From the NCBI GenBank assembly GCA_964188305.1, contig OZ076895.1: 64,000 nt of DNA; one strand, 5' to 3'. Position numbers and translations under genes: made by a program. A model generated the notes under the pieces. It saw only the letters and a program-made list of their open reading frames with translations, had not been told where the DNA came from and searched no databases. Positions 13,128-25,700 of the stretch are shown one piece after another (the stretch's first letter is position 1; each line of letters begins with the position of its first letter). This DNA is from Podarcis bocagei. Its lineage: Eukaryota.

Positions 13128-14346
13128 GTAATGTTGCTGTTTCCTCTTGCTTAAGCCTTCTGAACTGTCAATAAACTTTATGAGGCAGCTTGTCACCAGC
13201 TGGCAGGCAGTGAGATGTTTAGAGCGTTGATTCAGCGCTCTGCATGAGTTGAGTGGCTAAAGGTTTGTGTTGATTGGCTGTTAGCTACATTTCATCCAAG
13301 CCAAAAATATACGAAAAGAGAAAAATATCAGTAAGTGGAAGCTTGCAGGGTTTTGTTTCTTTAAAAAGAAAAGAAAAAAAGAAATCTCGGATAAGTGACT
13401 GCAATTTTGTTCCACTGTCCAGTGTTGCTTGGATCCAGTCCAGGTGGAGTTGAGCCTGGCCTGGAACGCAGGAGTGTATCTTCCCTTCTGCCTCTCTCTG
13501 CAGAAAATACGTCAGTTGGGTTTTCCGTGGATTGACATTTGTTCAGACTGAGTGGTAAACTGCAGGTTTTTCCTGGGGAAAGTGGTGGGACAAAAAAACC
13601 CAAACAAATGAACAAAAACTCCCACTCACTCTCTAAACTGGTTTGGCATAATTTGTTCATTGCTAACCCTGATTAAAATAAGCCTGAATACGCTTCTCAA
13701 TTGATACAGAGAGTACTGTTTTCATCAGGGTTTCCAAGGTAAGTTCATGACCAGATTGAACCAGGTACATTTTAATCAGGACTAGGAATGATCAAATGTA
13801 ACACCACACCAGAAGAAGGGTGTGGGAAGTGATTTGTGCCTAAGTAGGACGCAGTAAGGATGAAATAATGGTTTTGAGCCTGTGACTGTCTCTCGATTCA
13901 TAAGAGCTGTTTCTACTGTGTTGGACGTAAAGCCTCCAGAAACAGAAATATATCAGGTACAGGCCAAACCGCATGTTATTTTATTGATGCATTTTGGGTG
14001 CTTGAATTTTACTTGGGGTGGGGATCAGCAGCTGTGAGCTCCCTATTCAGAGCTTGCTCCTCATGTGGATCAGGGCCTCACACTCATTCCCTATTGAAAA
14101 TTACCCCCCTCTGGCTGCTGTTTGCTGCTGAGTGCCTTCTTTTGCAGTAAAAAGCCTTTTCAGGGGCAAGTAGCAGGTATAGAGAGGGAGGGTCAGCAGG
14201 AAATGGGTGTGAGCCCCTAATCTGCATCAGGAAGATGTTCCAGATTGGGCTTCATGGCTGCTTTTTTTCTTCAAAATGGTGGCTAGTTTAAAAACACTGT
14301 CAAATAAGTGAATAACAAATAATTGGGCCACAGTATTATCATTATC

Positions 14347-14659
14347 GGGACGCGGGTGGTGCTGTGGGTAAAACCTCAGTGCCTAGGACTTGCTGATCGC
14401 ACGGTCGGCGGTTCGAATCCCTGCGGCGGGGTGAGCTCCCGTCGTTCTGTCCCAGCTCCTGCCCACCTAGCAGTTCGAAAGCACCCCTAAGTGCAAGTAG
14501 ATAAATAGGTACCGCTTTATAGCGGGAAGGTAAACGGCGTCACGCTGGCCACATGACCCGGAAGTGTCTTCGGACGGCGCTGGCTCATGGCCTCTTGAGC
14601 GAGATGAGCGCTCAACCCTAGAGTCGGACACGACTGGCCCGTACGGGCAGGGGTACCTT
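14347..14659 (+). mobile_element. Sauria SINE
   Basis: gggacgcgggtgg... B box ggttcgaatcc, core ccagctcctgcccacctagcagttcgaaagca...agataaataggtaccgc; ttatcattatc duplicated on both sides. Confidence 0.88.
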
Positions 14660-15248
14660 ATTATCATTATCATAATTATTATTACATATTGAATTTGTTC
14701 TTTGCTCTGTCTTGCCCAGGGCAACCCAGAGTGCCAAACAAACAAACAAACAAACAAACAAACAAACAAACAAACACCCCATAGATGCATCAAAATCAAG
14801 AGAAAAAAGAAATACATTTAAAACATTCCACCCATTTCTAAAAGACAGACAGACAGATCAAGGCCAAAGGCCTGGTTATAGAGGAAAGTTTTTGCCTGGT
14901 GCCTAAAGGCCCTGATAAATAAAATATGGGACTAATATCCATCCAATTTCTTCCCTTTTAGTGATCACACCATTTGATTTACATAAAGAATGTTTTTATA
15001 GCTAATATAAGTATAGCTAATAAATATATGGATTTTTGATAATAACTTTGTACTCCCCCCTCCCTCCAGGGCATTAAGAATTAAGGTAAAGGAACAGATT
15101 ATGACAAAATGAACGGCCACATCAATACACATCAGAATATTTTAAATGTGCATGTGTACTCAAACAGATTTTTTTTTTTTAAAAACCATTGCTTTCAATC
15201 AGTTGGGCTGTTGTGTACCAATAACATGAATTTAAAAATGTCTTGTAG

Positions 15249-15365
15249 CTAATGAATTTGTTCAGCACACCATCAGATTTCTTACAAGAATATACCCAAA
15301 AGGAACTCGGACCAACTCTTCCAATTATAACCCTCAAGAATTCTGGAATGTTGGGTGTCAGATAG
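15249..15365 (+). CDS. PLCZ1: PLCZ1 segment A exon (Y domain)
   Basis: cttgtag|CT...ATAG|gtaggt, 117 nt; (A)[38 protein letters not shown]. Not in the ORF track. Confidence 0.95.
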   Translation, partial: LMNLFSTPSDFLQEYTQKELGPTLPIITLKNSGMLGVR

Positions 15366-15999
15366 GTAGGTGATTTCAAGTCATCGTCATTGTTATTGTT
15401 GTTCAGAACATGTCTTCTTGCTTATGTATGGCACAAGGCTTGACATTTCATTACAAGAATTTTTCACTCCTGTGAAAGATTGTCAGCATGGATTCCTTTT
15501 CTACCCTTTGCTCTTGCACAACTTGGATACAACGCAAAGAAAGGGTGCTTAATTCCCATTCAAATCAGTGGAGTTATTTCTGTGGACTGCTGATGAAGTG
15601 ACTGGACTAGTCTATGTATCTAGCTTCAGAAGCATTGCCCAGACATCCCCAGCCTCTTCCTGCTACAGTCAGATCACTGGAGACACCTGAGTTCCAGTAA
15701 AAGAGTGCAAGTGTTTTGGCTTTCCCCATGTAGACGTTTGCTCTTCTTTGCTTGCTGTCCATGGAGTAGGTGAGAGAACCTGTTTCTGCTGTTGCCTCTC
15801 TTACCTACTATCCTGACTCCAGATCCCACCTGCTTCTCCACCCATTATAGCCGCTCCTGTCTTGCTGCATGCTTCGCAGTATAGAGCTAAGAGTGAGTCA
15901 TGTATTGAGCTGCAGATAGGTAGCCGTGTTGGTCTGCCATAGTCAAAATAAAAAAATTCCTTCCAGTAGCACCTTAAAGACCAACTAAGTTAGTTCTTG

Positions 16000-16037
16000 G
16001 TATGAGCTTTCGTGTGCATGCACACTTCTTCAGATAC
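16000..16037 (-). ncRNA. Minimal type I hammerhead ribozyme motif (PLE-associated)
   Basis: Exact reverse complement of 16284..16321. Confidence 0.8.
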
Positions 16038-16283
16038 ACTGAAACAGAAGTTGCCAGATCCTTCTATATAGTGAGAAGGTGGGGAGGGGTATTACTCAGA
16101 AGGGTGGTGGGAATGGGAGGTAGGCAGGTAGCTGAGATGAGCCTGTTGACGACTGTTGACGTTAAGAGTCGTCAACAGGCTCATCATAGCTACCTGCCAA
16201 TCTCCCATTCCCACCACCCTTCTGAGTAATACCCCTCCCCACCTTCTCACTATATAGAAGGATCTGGCAACTTCTGTTTCAGT

Positions 16284-16321
16284 GTATCTGAAGAAGTGTG
16301 CATGCACACGAAAGCTCATAC
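16284..16321 (+). ncRNA. Minimal type I hammerhead ribozyme motif (PLE-associated)
   Basis: GUAU-CUGAAGA-A-GUGUGC/AU/GCACAC-GAAA-GCUC-AUAC: stem I GUAU/AUAC, CUGANGA and GAAA core boxes, stem II, palindromic AGCU stem III, and a UC cleavage site. Confidence 0.8.
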
Positions 16322-18497
16322 CAAGAACTAACTTAGTTGGTCTTTAAGGTGCTACTGGAAGGAATTTTTTTATTATGTATTGAGCTGTCTGTCTAAATCT
16401 ACGCCCCTCCTTTGTTGTAGCTAACATTTGTTGTAAGTGAAGATTTGCTGATATTGAGACAGATCACAGAGAGCTATCTCACATGCAGTATTTAGCTATC
16501 GCATCCGTAAATGTTAAAACAGGAACATGGCGTTCAGTGAGGAAATTGGCATGGGTAAATTGTAGAATCAAATCACACTTTTGGGAATAGCAAGGCCCCT
16601 GAAAGACAAGCCTTCTAATGTAGCAAAACATATACAATAGAACCTTACACTCAGCAAAAATTAGTATGCCTCCCACACGCAACTGCAGTGTAGGTTGGAA
16701 ACAACTGGGTTAGTACAGCTATACAATTATTTTCTTTTATTTATGAAGTAAAATGAAAAGCAGTGATATACGCACTAGAGGAAAATGCACGGTGATTATT
16801 TAAATAAAGTGTTATTGTCTGCATTGCATTTATCTGACACAGTAAGAAATAACCAAAAAAAGGTTGTAGAATTCAAAATGCTTTTAGAGGTATTGCCTTA
16901 GCATTAATGAAATGAGAACTTTTCACACAAATGCAGTGCAATCCTGTGCATGTCTACTAGAAGTAAGCCCACTGGGTTCCATGGGATTTACTCACAGTTG
17001 TGTGTGTGTGTATATAGTTGCATCTGTAGTGCAACTGTAGCAATGCTAAATAGTCATTTAATGCCAACAAATATTTTTGAAGTATTTATCATGTTATCAA
17101 AATCAAGTTAGAGATATTAATGTTCCATGCAACAGCGCAATGCATCCCAACTGTTTATAGATGAACAGTTAACAGTCCAGTCCAAAAGCTATTGCCAGAC
17201 ATGGAAGATCAGACTTTCACATGGAACTCTTATAGTCACAAGATCTCTTCAATATTACCTATTTCCAATGTTCAAGCTGTGAGTTCTAAGACAGCACATG
17301 TACACAAGAGGGGGGATGGGAAAATCTCCAGTGTTTGCAGAATTACAGCCAATTTTTAGAGGAAAGGAACCCTAAGAGGAGGGAAAACCTTCATTTTAGC
17401 TGTGGGTCTGAGGGCATAACTAGATGCGTTGTGAGAGATCTCCCACAAAATTTCTTTTCTTTCTTTTTTTAAAATGGCAGATATGGGGTGAGTTAAATCA
17501 GATTGGGACTGCAATATTGAAGGCAGTAGGGTTAATCCTTTTCTTCTGCACCTTTTCCTCTCCCTCCAAGTTATTATTGGCCTGATGGAGAAACTTAAAG
17601 ATACCCACATTATACCTACAAGTTGCACCTGTGAAGCAAATGGCGGCTGAGGGAGGGGCAATTTTGATCAGGGAAATTGTGTGAGGGGAAAGGCTTGACG
17701 TACCCTCCCACAGTCCAAAGCCCCTACAACTTCACCGTGGCTACTTAAAAACAACAACAACAACAGCCCAACATGAGATCCTAATTGTGGACCTGAGAGT
17801 CGTGTCTTATTTGGCCCTGACTCAGAGAAGTTATACTAGGTATAAGGTCAGCTTGAAATATGCCTTGTGAAATCCAGCAGGACATTTAGAAGGATGTCCA
17901 GTACACCAGGTTCCTACCTCTGATGTCTGGGTTTCCTTTTAAGCAAAGAGAATTATGAATCAGTATTATTGTTTTGAAATGACCAACTCATGCTTCACAG
18001 TTTCTATAAGCACGTGTTTACTCCCTGTGCAGGGGTGGGGATAATAAATAAATCCAAGGATTCCCAAGGAATATGAATCTGGGAAAGCAAAAAGTTCACG
18101 ATCCTTTCTTTCCAAGACTAAATCTCGAAACTATGCATGTGAATGGATTAAAGTGTTTCTTTATTTTGTATACAATGTTTTTTGCTGCTGCTTCTCCCCC
18201 CAAAACAAAGCCTGAGAAAGCAGAGCCATTTTCAATCTGGTTCTGGTTTGGTTCTTTTTTGAATGAAGTCTTAAAATAATATAATGTCCATTGTGTTGTG
18301 TTTTTGTTTTTTGTTTTTTAAAATAACATTGGAGTAAAAGTGTTACATTGGAGTTACAGTGGTACCTCAGGTTAAGAACTTAATTCATTCTGGAGGTCCA
18401 TTCTTAACCAACAGAAATTAAAAACGCGATAAAACGCCAAACATTAAAAATTTCCCTAAACAGGGCTGTCTTCAGATGTCTTCTAAAAGTCAGATAC

Positions 18498-18711
18498 AGT
18501 GGTACCTCGGGTTAAGAGCTTAATTCATTCTGGAGATCCGTTCTTTACCTGAAACTATTCTCAACCTGAAGCACCACTTTAGCTAATGGGGCCTCCTGCT
18601 GCCGCTGTGCGATTTCTGTTCTCATCCTGAAGCAAAGTTCTTAACCTGAGGTACTATTTCTGGATTAGCGGAGTCTGTAACCTGAAGCGTCTGTAACCCG
18701 AGGTACCACTG
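18498..18711. mobile_element. Tc1/mariner (Tigger/pogo-like) MITE; sibling copies at ~25132..25355, ~33940..34055 (partial), ~40812..41035, ~46448..46678 and ~50902..50983
   Basis: TA-flanked cagtggtacctc...gaggtaccactg termini and a shared internal ttcttaacctgaa / ttagctaatggggcctcctgctgcc. Confidence 0.82.
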
Positions 18712-19340
18712 TACATGCAGCGACCATTTTAAGCATGACCGATATGTGGCATGACTGTTTTAGGCATGACCCATGCAAATTGGGCGCTCCCTGCATTGTG
18801 AGCTTAGATATCATCTTTTGCAGCATATGCGTATCATTTGGCGTACATATTCTGTTTATTTGACTGTTAAAAGAGTCAGTCTGAACATTCACACCCCACA
18901 GTCAGGAGGCAACATTTCAAAATGAGAGCGTGAGACTCTACCTGCCCCTGATCATTACTACCTATATACTTACTCATTAAAAATATTAGAAGTCTAGGTG
19001 CTGAGCTCATGAGAATGTAGATGCCCTAGACTAGTCCTGAGGTCTTCTTGGATAGAATGTGTGAAATGGAAGCTCTCAGAATGTTTTCCAAATAAATCCA
19101 AGACCCCAACTCTGTGGAGCTGGAGCTAGAGTTGGACTAGTTGCCAAAATTATCCCCAGCCTTGGAATTTTATTGCATCCACAATCATGTTTGCAGCTGC
19201 TTAGTAAAACTGCAGAAGAGAACCTGGTCCACTGTCTCCTGTTAGAGCAGGTGTGGGGAACCTTTGACTCTCTAGATGTTGCTGGCCAGCTTCCTTCCAT
19301 TCTGCCTGGGATTGAGGGCACTTGTAGTTCAGCAACCGAA

Positions 19341-19531
19341 AGGGCTGTGGCTCAGTGGTAGAGCATCTGCTTTGCATGCAGAAGGTCTCAGGTTCAATCC
19401 CAGCATCTTCCGGTAGAGTTGGGATTATCCCCTGCTTGAAACCGTGGAGAGCTGATAGTGGTCATCATAGTCAATACTGAACCAGATGGACCAGTGGTCC
19501 GACTCTGTATAAGACAGCTTCCTATGTCCTT
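19341..19531 (+). mobile_element. tRNA-derived squamate SINE (Squam3-like)
   Basis: A box (tggctcagtgg) and B box (ggttcaatcc), followed by a non-tRNA body ending ...ataagacagcttcctatgtcct. Confidence 0.75.
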
Positions 19532-19556
19532 AATATCTGGAAGGCTGAGGGTTTCC

Positions 19557-20579
19557 ATGACTAAGATCAAAGAGCTGTCCAAGGATGTCAGGGACAAGAT
19601 TGTGAACCTGAACAAGGCTGGACTGGGCTACAATACTATTGCCAAGCAGCTTGGTGAGAAGGTGACAACAGTTGGTGCAATAATTCTCAAATGGAAGAAA
19701 CACAAAATAACTGTCAACCTCCCTTGGTCTGGGGCTCCATGCAAGATCTCATCTTGTGGAGTTGCAATGATCATGAGAACGGTGATGAAGCAGCCCAGAA
19801 CTATAAGGGGGGAACTTGTCAATGATCTCAGGGCAACTGGGACCATAGTCACCATGAAAACGGTTGGTAACACACTATGCCGTGAAGGACTTAGATCTTG
19901 CAGAGCCCACAAGGTCCCCTTGCTCAAGACAGCACATGTACAGGCCTGTCTGCAGTTTGCCAATGCACATCTGAATGACCCAGAGGAGAAGTGGGTGAAA
20001 GTGTTGTGGTCAGATGAGACCAAAATTGAGCTCTTTGGCATCAACTCAGCTTGCCGTGTTTGGAGGAGGAGGAATGCTTCCTACGACCCCAAGAACACCA
20101 TCCCCACCATCAAACACGGAGGGGGACATATTATGCTTGGGGGGTGTTTTTCTGCTAAGGGGACAGGACACCTTCACTGCATCAAAGGGACGATGAACGG
20201 GACCATGTATCGTCAAATCTTGGGTGAGCACCTCCTTACCTCAGCCTGGGCATTGAAAATGGGTCGAGGATGGGTATTCCAGCATGACAGTGACCCAAAA
20301 CACATGGCCAAGGCAACAAAGGAGTGGCTCAAGAAGAAGCACATTAAAATCCTGGAGTGGCCTTGCCAGTCTCCAGACCTTAATCCCATCAAAAATCTGT
20401 GGAGGGAGCGGAAGGTTCGAGTAGCTACACATCAGCCTCAAAATCTTACTGACTTGGAGAGGATCTGCAAAGAGGAGTGGAACAAAATACCTCCTGAGAT
20501 GTATGCAAACCTGGTGGCCACCTACAAGAAACCTCTGACCTCTGTAATTGCCAACAAGGGTTTTGCCACCAAGTACTAA
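19557..20579 (+). mobile_element. Tc1-family transposase ORF (340 aa), catalytic Glu replaced by Lys; right TIR-like end at ~20760..20791
   Basis: [19 protein letters not shown] start, [15 protein letters not shown], and [11 protein letters not shown] (normally PIENLW), ending GFATKY. Terminal 'ggggatcaaatactt...cctcact'. No left TIR seen. Confidence 0.92.
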
Positions 20580-21639
20580 GTCATCCTTTGCAAAGGATAC
20601 TTATTTCACTCATTATAATGCACATCTATCTCTGACTTTTGTCTTCTGGGTTTCTGGGGTTTTTCCTGTTGTTATTCTGTCTCTCACAGCTACAGTAAAC
20701 CTACCATTAAAATTATGGACTGGTCATTTCTTCGTCAGAGAGCAAACGGGCAAATTTGGCAGGGGATCAAATACTTCCCCCCCTCACTCTGTGTGTGTGT
20801 ATGCTACAGACTTTTTAGAGGACACAGTGATCTTGAAATCCAGTCTAGGTAATTAATAAGGAGCCAAAATGATTTCAGGTATTAAACTTCCCCTTGAGTC
20901 TTCCTGACAATCTTAAGGGTTTTGCTATCATATTTCCTTAATTAATGTATTAAAGGCCTACTTTGGCAACAGGGAATAATGAAGCTGACTAAAGGCATTG
21001 TGCTGTCAAAAACACAATGCATTTTAGATGATATTAAAAACATCTCCCCGGTCTCTTTCAGGAAGTTCTTTTAGGCCAAAGTGTGAATATCAGATTGATT
21101 TGCCCATTTCAGTAAAACCCCCAGCTTAGATTTCTTTTAATGAGCTGTCCCCCCCACCCCACAGATATTCCTTTCCCACCCCCATATACAAAGGATCCTC
21201 GTGGAAATGTGTTTTCAGGTGTAATTGGGAAATGGCAATGAATGATTTATAATAACTTTAAAAATGCTTTTGCAGTGGAGGCACCAACATTTGCAGTTAA
21301 ACGGGAAAAATGAATGTAATTAAAAACATTAAAGTAACCGAGACCTTTAACTTTGCAGATGAAAATGACTTTATAGCTATAAAATGTAATTAGTCCAAAC
21401 TTTTCTTGACACTGCGGCTGCTCACATAATTTCTGCCAAATCTCACAAAGCATATGCCCTTCCATATGCCTCATCTGAGATCTTCTCTCCCCGCACCCAC
21501 CATCATTCTTACCTATAACAGTTACGTTGAAAGTTAATGATGACAATACATTCCCTATGCATGTTTGCTTGGAAGTGAGTCCCACTCTGTTCAATGGGGC
21601 TAAATTCCTTGTGTGTTTAGGGAAGGGCCATAGCTCAGT

Positions 21640-22616
21640 AATGATAATAATATAATAATAATTTATTATTTATACCCCGCCCATCTGGCTGGGCTTCCCC
21701 AGCCACTCTGGGCGGCTTCCAAAAAAATATTAAAATACTGTAATACATCAAACATTAAAAGCTTCCCTAAACAGGGCTGCCTTCAGATGTCTTCTAAAAG
21801 TCTGGTAGTAGTTGTTCTCTTTGACATCTGGTGGGAGGGTGTTCCACAGGGAGGGCACCACTACCGAGAAGGCCCTCTGCCTGGTTCCCTGTAATTTGGC
21901 TTCTTGCAGTGAGGGAACCACCAGAAGGCCCTCAGAGCTGGACCTCAGTGTCCAGGTAGAATAATGGGGGTGGAGACGTTCCTTCAGATATACTGGACTG
22001 AGGCCATTTAGGGCTTTAAAGGTCAGCACTAACACTTTGAATTATGCTCGGAAACGTACTGGGAGCTAATGTAGGTCTTTCAAGACCGGTGTTATATGGT
22101 CTCGGCGGCCGCTCCCAGTCACTAGTCTAGCTGCCGCATTCTGGATTAGTTGTAGTTTCCAGGTCACCTTCAAAGGTAGCCCCACGTAGAGCGCATTGTA
22201 GTAGTCCAAGCGGGAGATAACCAGAACATGCACCACTCTGGCGAGGCAGTCCGCAGGCAGATAGGGTCTCAGCCTACGTACCAGTGGAGCTGGTAAACAG
22301 CTGCCCTGGACACAGATTTGACCTGTGCCTCCATGGACAGCTGTGAGTCCAAAATGACTGCCAGGCTGTGCACCTGGTCCTTCAGTGGCACATTTACCCC
22401 ATTCAGGACCAGGGAATCCTCCACACCTGCCCGCCTCCTGTCCCCCCAAAACAGTACTTCTGTATTGTCAGGATTCAACCTCAATCTGTTAGCCGCCATC
22501 CATCCTCCAACCGCCTCCAGACACTCACACAGGACCTTCACCGCCTTCACTGGTTCTGATTTAAAAGAGAGGTAGAGCTGGGTATCATCCGCATACTGAT
22601 GAACACCCAGCCCAAA
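21640..22616 (-). mobile_element. L2/CR1-group LINE 3' fragment (RT C-terminus), inserted into a tRNA-derived SINE
   Basis: HQYADDTQLY, ISRLDYYNALY, LQLIQNAAARL, HITPVLKDLH and FRRHLKAALF in shifted frames; (AAT)n tail. The SINE head gggccatagctcagt at ~21625 resumes after 22618. Confidence 0.88.
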
Positions 22617-22736
22617 CATTAGCAGAAACCTCTGATTTGCACCCAGAAGGCCTCTGATTCAAACCCCAGCATCTCCATGCAGTACTGGGAATGTTCCCAT
22701 GTTGAACCCTGGAGAGCCTCTGCCACTCAGGGCAGG

Positions 22737-22778
<42 letters not shown>

Positions 22779-25700
22779 CCTTTGGCCCTCCAGATGTTGC
22801 TGATCCACAGCTGGCCATACTTGCTTGTGCTGATGGGAAGCATAGCTTAGAAACATTTGGAGGGCCAAAGATTTCCCACACCTGGTGTGGACAATCCTGA
22901 TCTAGATGGACCGAGTGCTTCCTGCACTCCTGATTTGATCATTAATATGCAGCGATGAAATTGGGCATTTTAAGTGCCCTCATTAGATGTGATGTGTATT
23001 ACTTCATTTACTTCAGTATGTAGTTAGCCTGCCCTGCTGCACTTGGGGCTGCTACTGCTTATTCTGCTGAGTAGGGCCCCTGGATATCTGCCTCAAAGAC
23101 CTGCCTTGGCAGCACCACTGTTAGGACGCATATTTGGAAATGCAGTAGATCAGCACAAACTGACCAGGGGCTTATCCACACCTCTTTTTGATTTCTCTCA
23201 GTTTCCTATCTTTCTAAAGTTCTAAATAATGCTGTTTTCACAAATATATGCATTTTCAATGCACACTTTCGCCTAATATTCACACGTTTGTACACAGAAC
23301 AGCAAATTTTGTAGAAGTGCAAATTTTGAAAAATAGATGCATTCTTGTTTGCATATTGTTTTGGGAATTCAGAATTTCCAGTGAGTCCGAAAATATCAGT
23401 TATAGATCAGCCTGTAAGGATGCCAGTTCAGAATCCAGAACTCAAAACAGTGACACCAAGAAGAATCCACACGCACATACCCCACACAGCATAACAACCC
23501 AAGGACTCTAAAATTCAGACATTTCTTCCTCAGATATAAAATGTGAAGTTGACAGCACGCAGTCAGTAGTTCTACATTTATCTCATAGGAAGAGAGAATA
23601 AGCCTCTTCTGAATTACTCTTATACATGACTTGTGCCTCTTTGGGTCGGTATTTCTCTCTGGCAAACAATCAAGTTCCCTTGATTTTTAAAAAACCCAAA
23701 ATCATTTATCTATTTTATGTGTGTCATGTTTGTGCTTTACTAGGCTGACTAGTGAATTTTCAATATGAGGAGCACCACAGTCCTAGACAAGGGAAGATTT
23801 TACTTCATGCCAGTGATAACTGTGCTGTCTTTTCCCCATGAATTATAATATCCTGTTCCAGGCAGTGTGCTGTTTTATTTCCAAAACTGCAGCAGCAAAA
23901 CAACGGAAAGTGTTTTGAGCTTCTGAGAAAAGGAAATTCTGACAGTTTTGTGTTCAAGATAAAGACCAGTGCTTTATGATTAAACTGCAAGGAGGGCTTG
24001 TGTAGCAATTCAAATGTTTAGACAACAGAATGGTGCATTTTCACATAACTTACATAGATTGTCAAGCATATTTTCAGTACAGGTGTTGCTGTTTTTACTA
24101 TAATTAGGTTTTACTACTTATCATTAAATTAGAAGAGCAGATCTTGTTTTTCTCTCTCTTTCATTCAACACTGAACAGCCGCTGAAGGGTGAGTGGGATC
24201 TGTCAGCTCTGCTTTGTAATTAATTCATAATTTAAATTTATTAGGGGTTCTGCAGAATAGTTAATTCAGAACCCAAGGCTGTCCAAATTAATTATAAACA
24301 GGCACTTTCATGTTTATTATGGCATTGGTGCAGTGCAAGTTTTCTAGAAAAAGAGGTGCCAGAACTTACTATGAACACCTCCCTCGTTCTCTTAGAATGG
24401 CAATGGCACCCACCTGAGAGGTGCTGGAACTGAGTTCCAGTGAGTTCAGGCTGAAAAAAGCTCTGCATTGGTGCATACAATGACATAGAAGCACATGAGC
24501 AGTTTCTCAGCTTGCATGGTAAGGGTTCCACCAACCCTGCTACCAGATTTGACCCTGTGTGGTTGAATAAACATGCTAGAAGCTTCTGAGAGAATGCAGT
24601 CTTTTCTGTGCAGCTCGTAGTTTTCTTACAGCTCCTTCAAACATCATAGCACAAGGGAATTGCATATGAAAGGCACTCAAGAGTTCCAGGTAGGCTTTCC
24701 CCCGGTGTTTTGGCATGAATAGACCTCATAGAACATCTTATACAGAGACCATTGCTCCATCTAGCTCAGAATTGTTAACTCCCATCCTCCCCAGCTAGCA
24801 TTGTCAATGGCCATGGAGGATGGGATTGTAGTCCTGCAAAATCTGGGGGGCCACGTGTTCCCCACCTCTAGTCTACACTGAATAGCTGTGACTACCTATG
24901 GTTTCAGTTTGGGTTGTTTCCTAGCCCTCTTTGATTGAGCTTGGGACCTTCTGCATGCAAAGCAAGATGATCTACCAGTGAGCTATGGCCGTTCTCTGCT
25001 ATGGACTGTGGTTCCATTTCTGTGGGATCTCCACTCTGAATGGAACTCTAAAATCCATACAGAAAATTGGGAGCTGCAGAATTCATTGGTGTGCAGGTAC
25101 CAAACTAACCCTTCAGTTTGATTGAAAAGTACAGTGGTACCTCTGGTTATGAACTTAATTCGTTCCGGAGGTCCATTCTTAACCTGAAACAGTTCTTAAC
25201 CTGAAGTACCACATTAGCTAATGGGGCCTCCTGCTGCCGCTGTGCCGCCGCCATGCGATTTTTGTTCTCATCCTGAGGTAAAGTTCTTAACCCACTACTA
25301 CATCTGGGTTAGTGAAGTCTGAAACCCAAGGTGTTTGTAACCTGAGGTACCACTGTACAAATTTGTAAAGTCCTGCTATATAACACATGGAATATATTTA
25401 TTTTTATGTACATGCACCTAGGCAAATGGATTTTTCAAAACTTACTTTTTTTACTGTTTTAATTGAAGTGTGAGGGTGTTTTTTTAAAAAAATGAATTTC
25501 ATCTCCAGGCTAAGGAACTGCACCCTGCAAATAAATGTGTCTCAGCATGCTGGATCAGTACATTTTCCACGAAGCCATAAAGCAGTCAGCTGTTTGAGGC
25601 CAATGTTTGCAAGGTCCTCTTCTACATCAGAGCATCTGAGGCTGGCGACGTATTAGTGATGCCACTGGGCCCTTAGCCTGTGGCCACACAGCTAATGCCA

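Larger units (their letters stand above)
15913..16374. mobile_element. Penelope-like element (PLE) terminal fragment arranged as a fold-back inverted repeat
   Basis: Arms of about 205 bp (e.g. 16000 pairs with 16321); same sequence as the GIY-YIG-linked copy at 27.8-28.3 kb; flanked by a 13-bp direct repeat ATGTATTGAGCTG (15900..15912, 16375..16387). Confidence 0.88.

Noticed and set aside
16002-16319. Twin 75-aa ORFs on opposite strands (MSFRVHAHFFRY...), also at 27928
   Set aside because: By-product of the Penelope terminal inverted repeat, antisense to the element; no coding signature.
19341-19412. tRNA-like sequence
   Set aside because: It continues into a SINE body and lacks a proper acceptor stem; a SINE head, not a tRNA gene.
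19458-19556. 33-aa N-terminal extension of the Tc1 ORF
   Set aside because: Starts at a GTG inside the SINE; transposase homology begins at ATG 19557.
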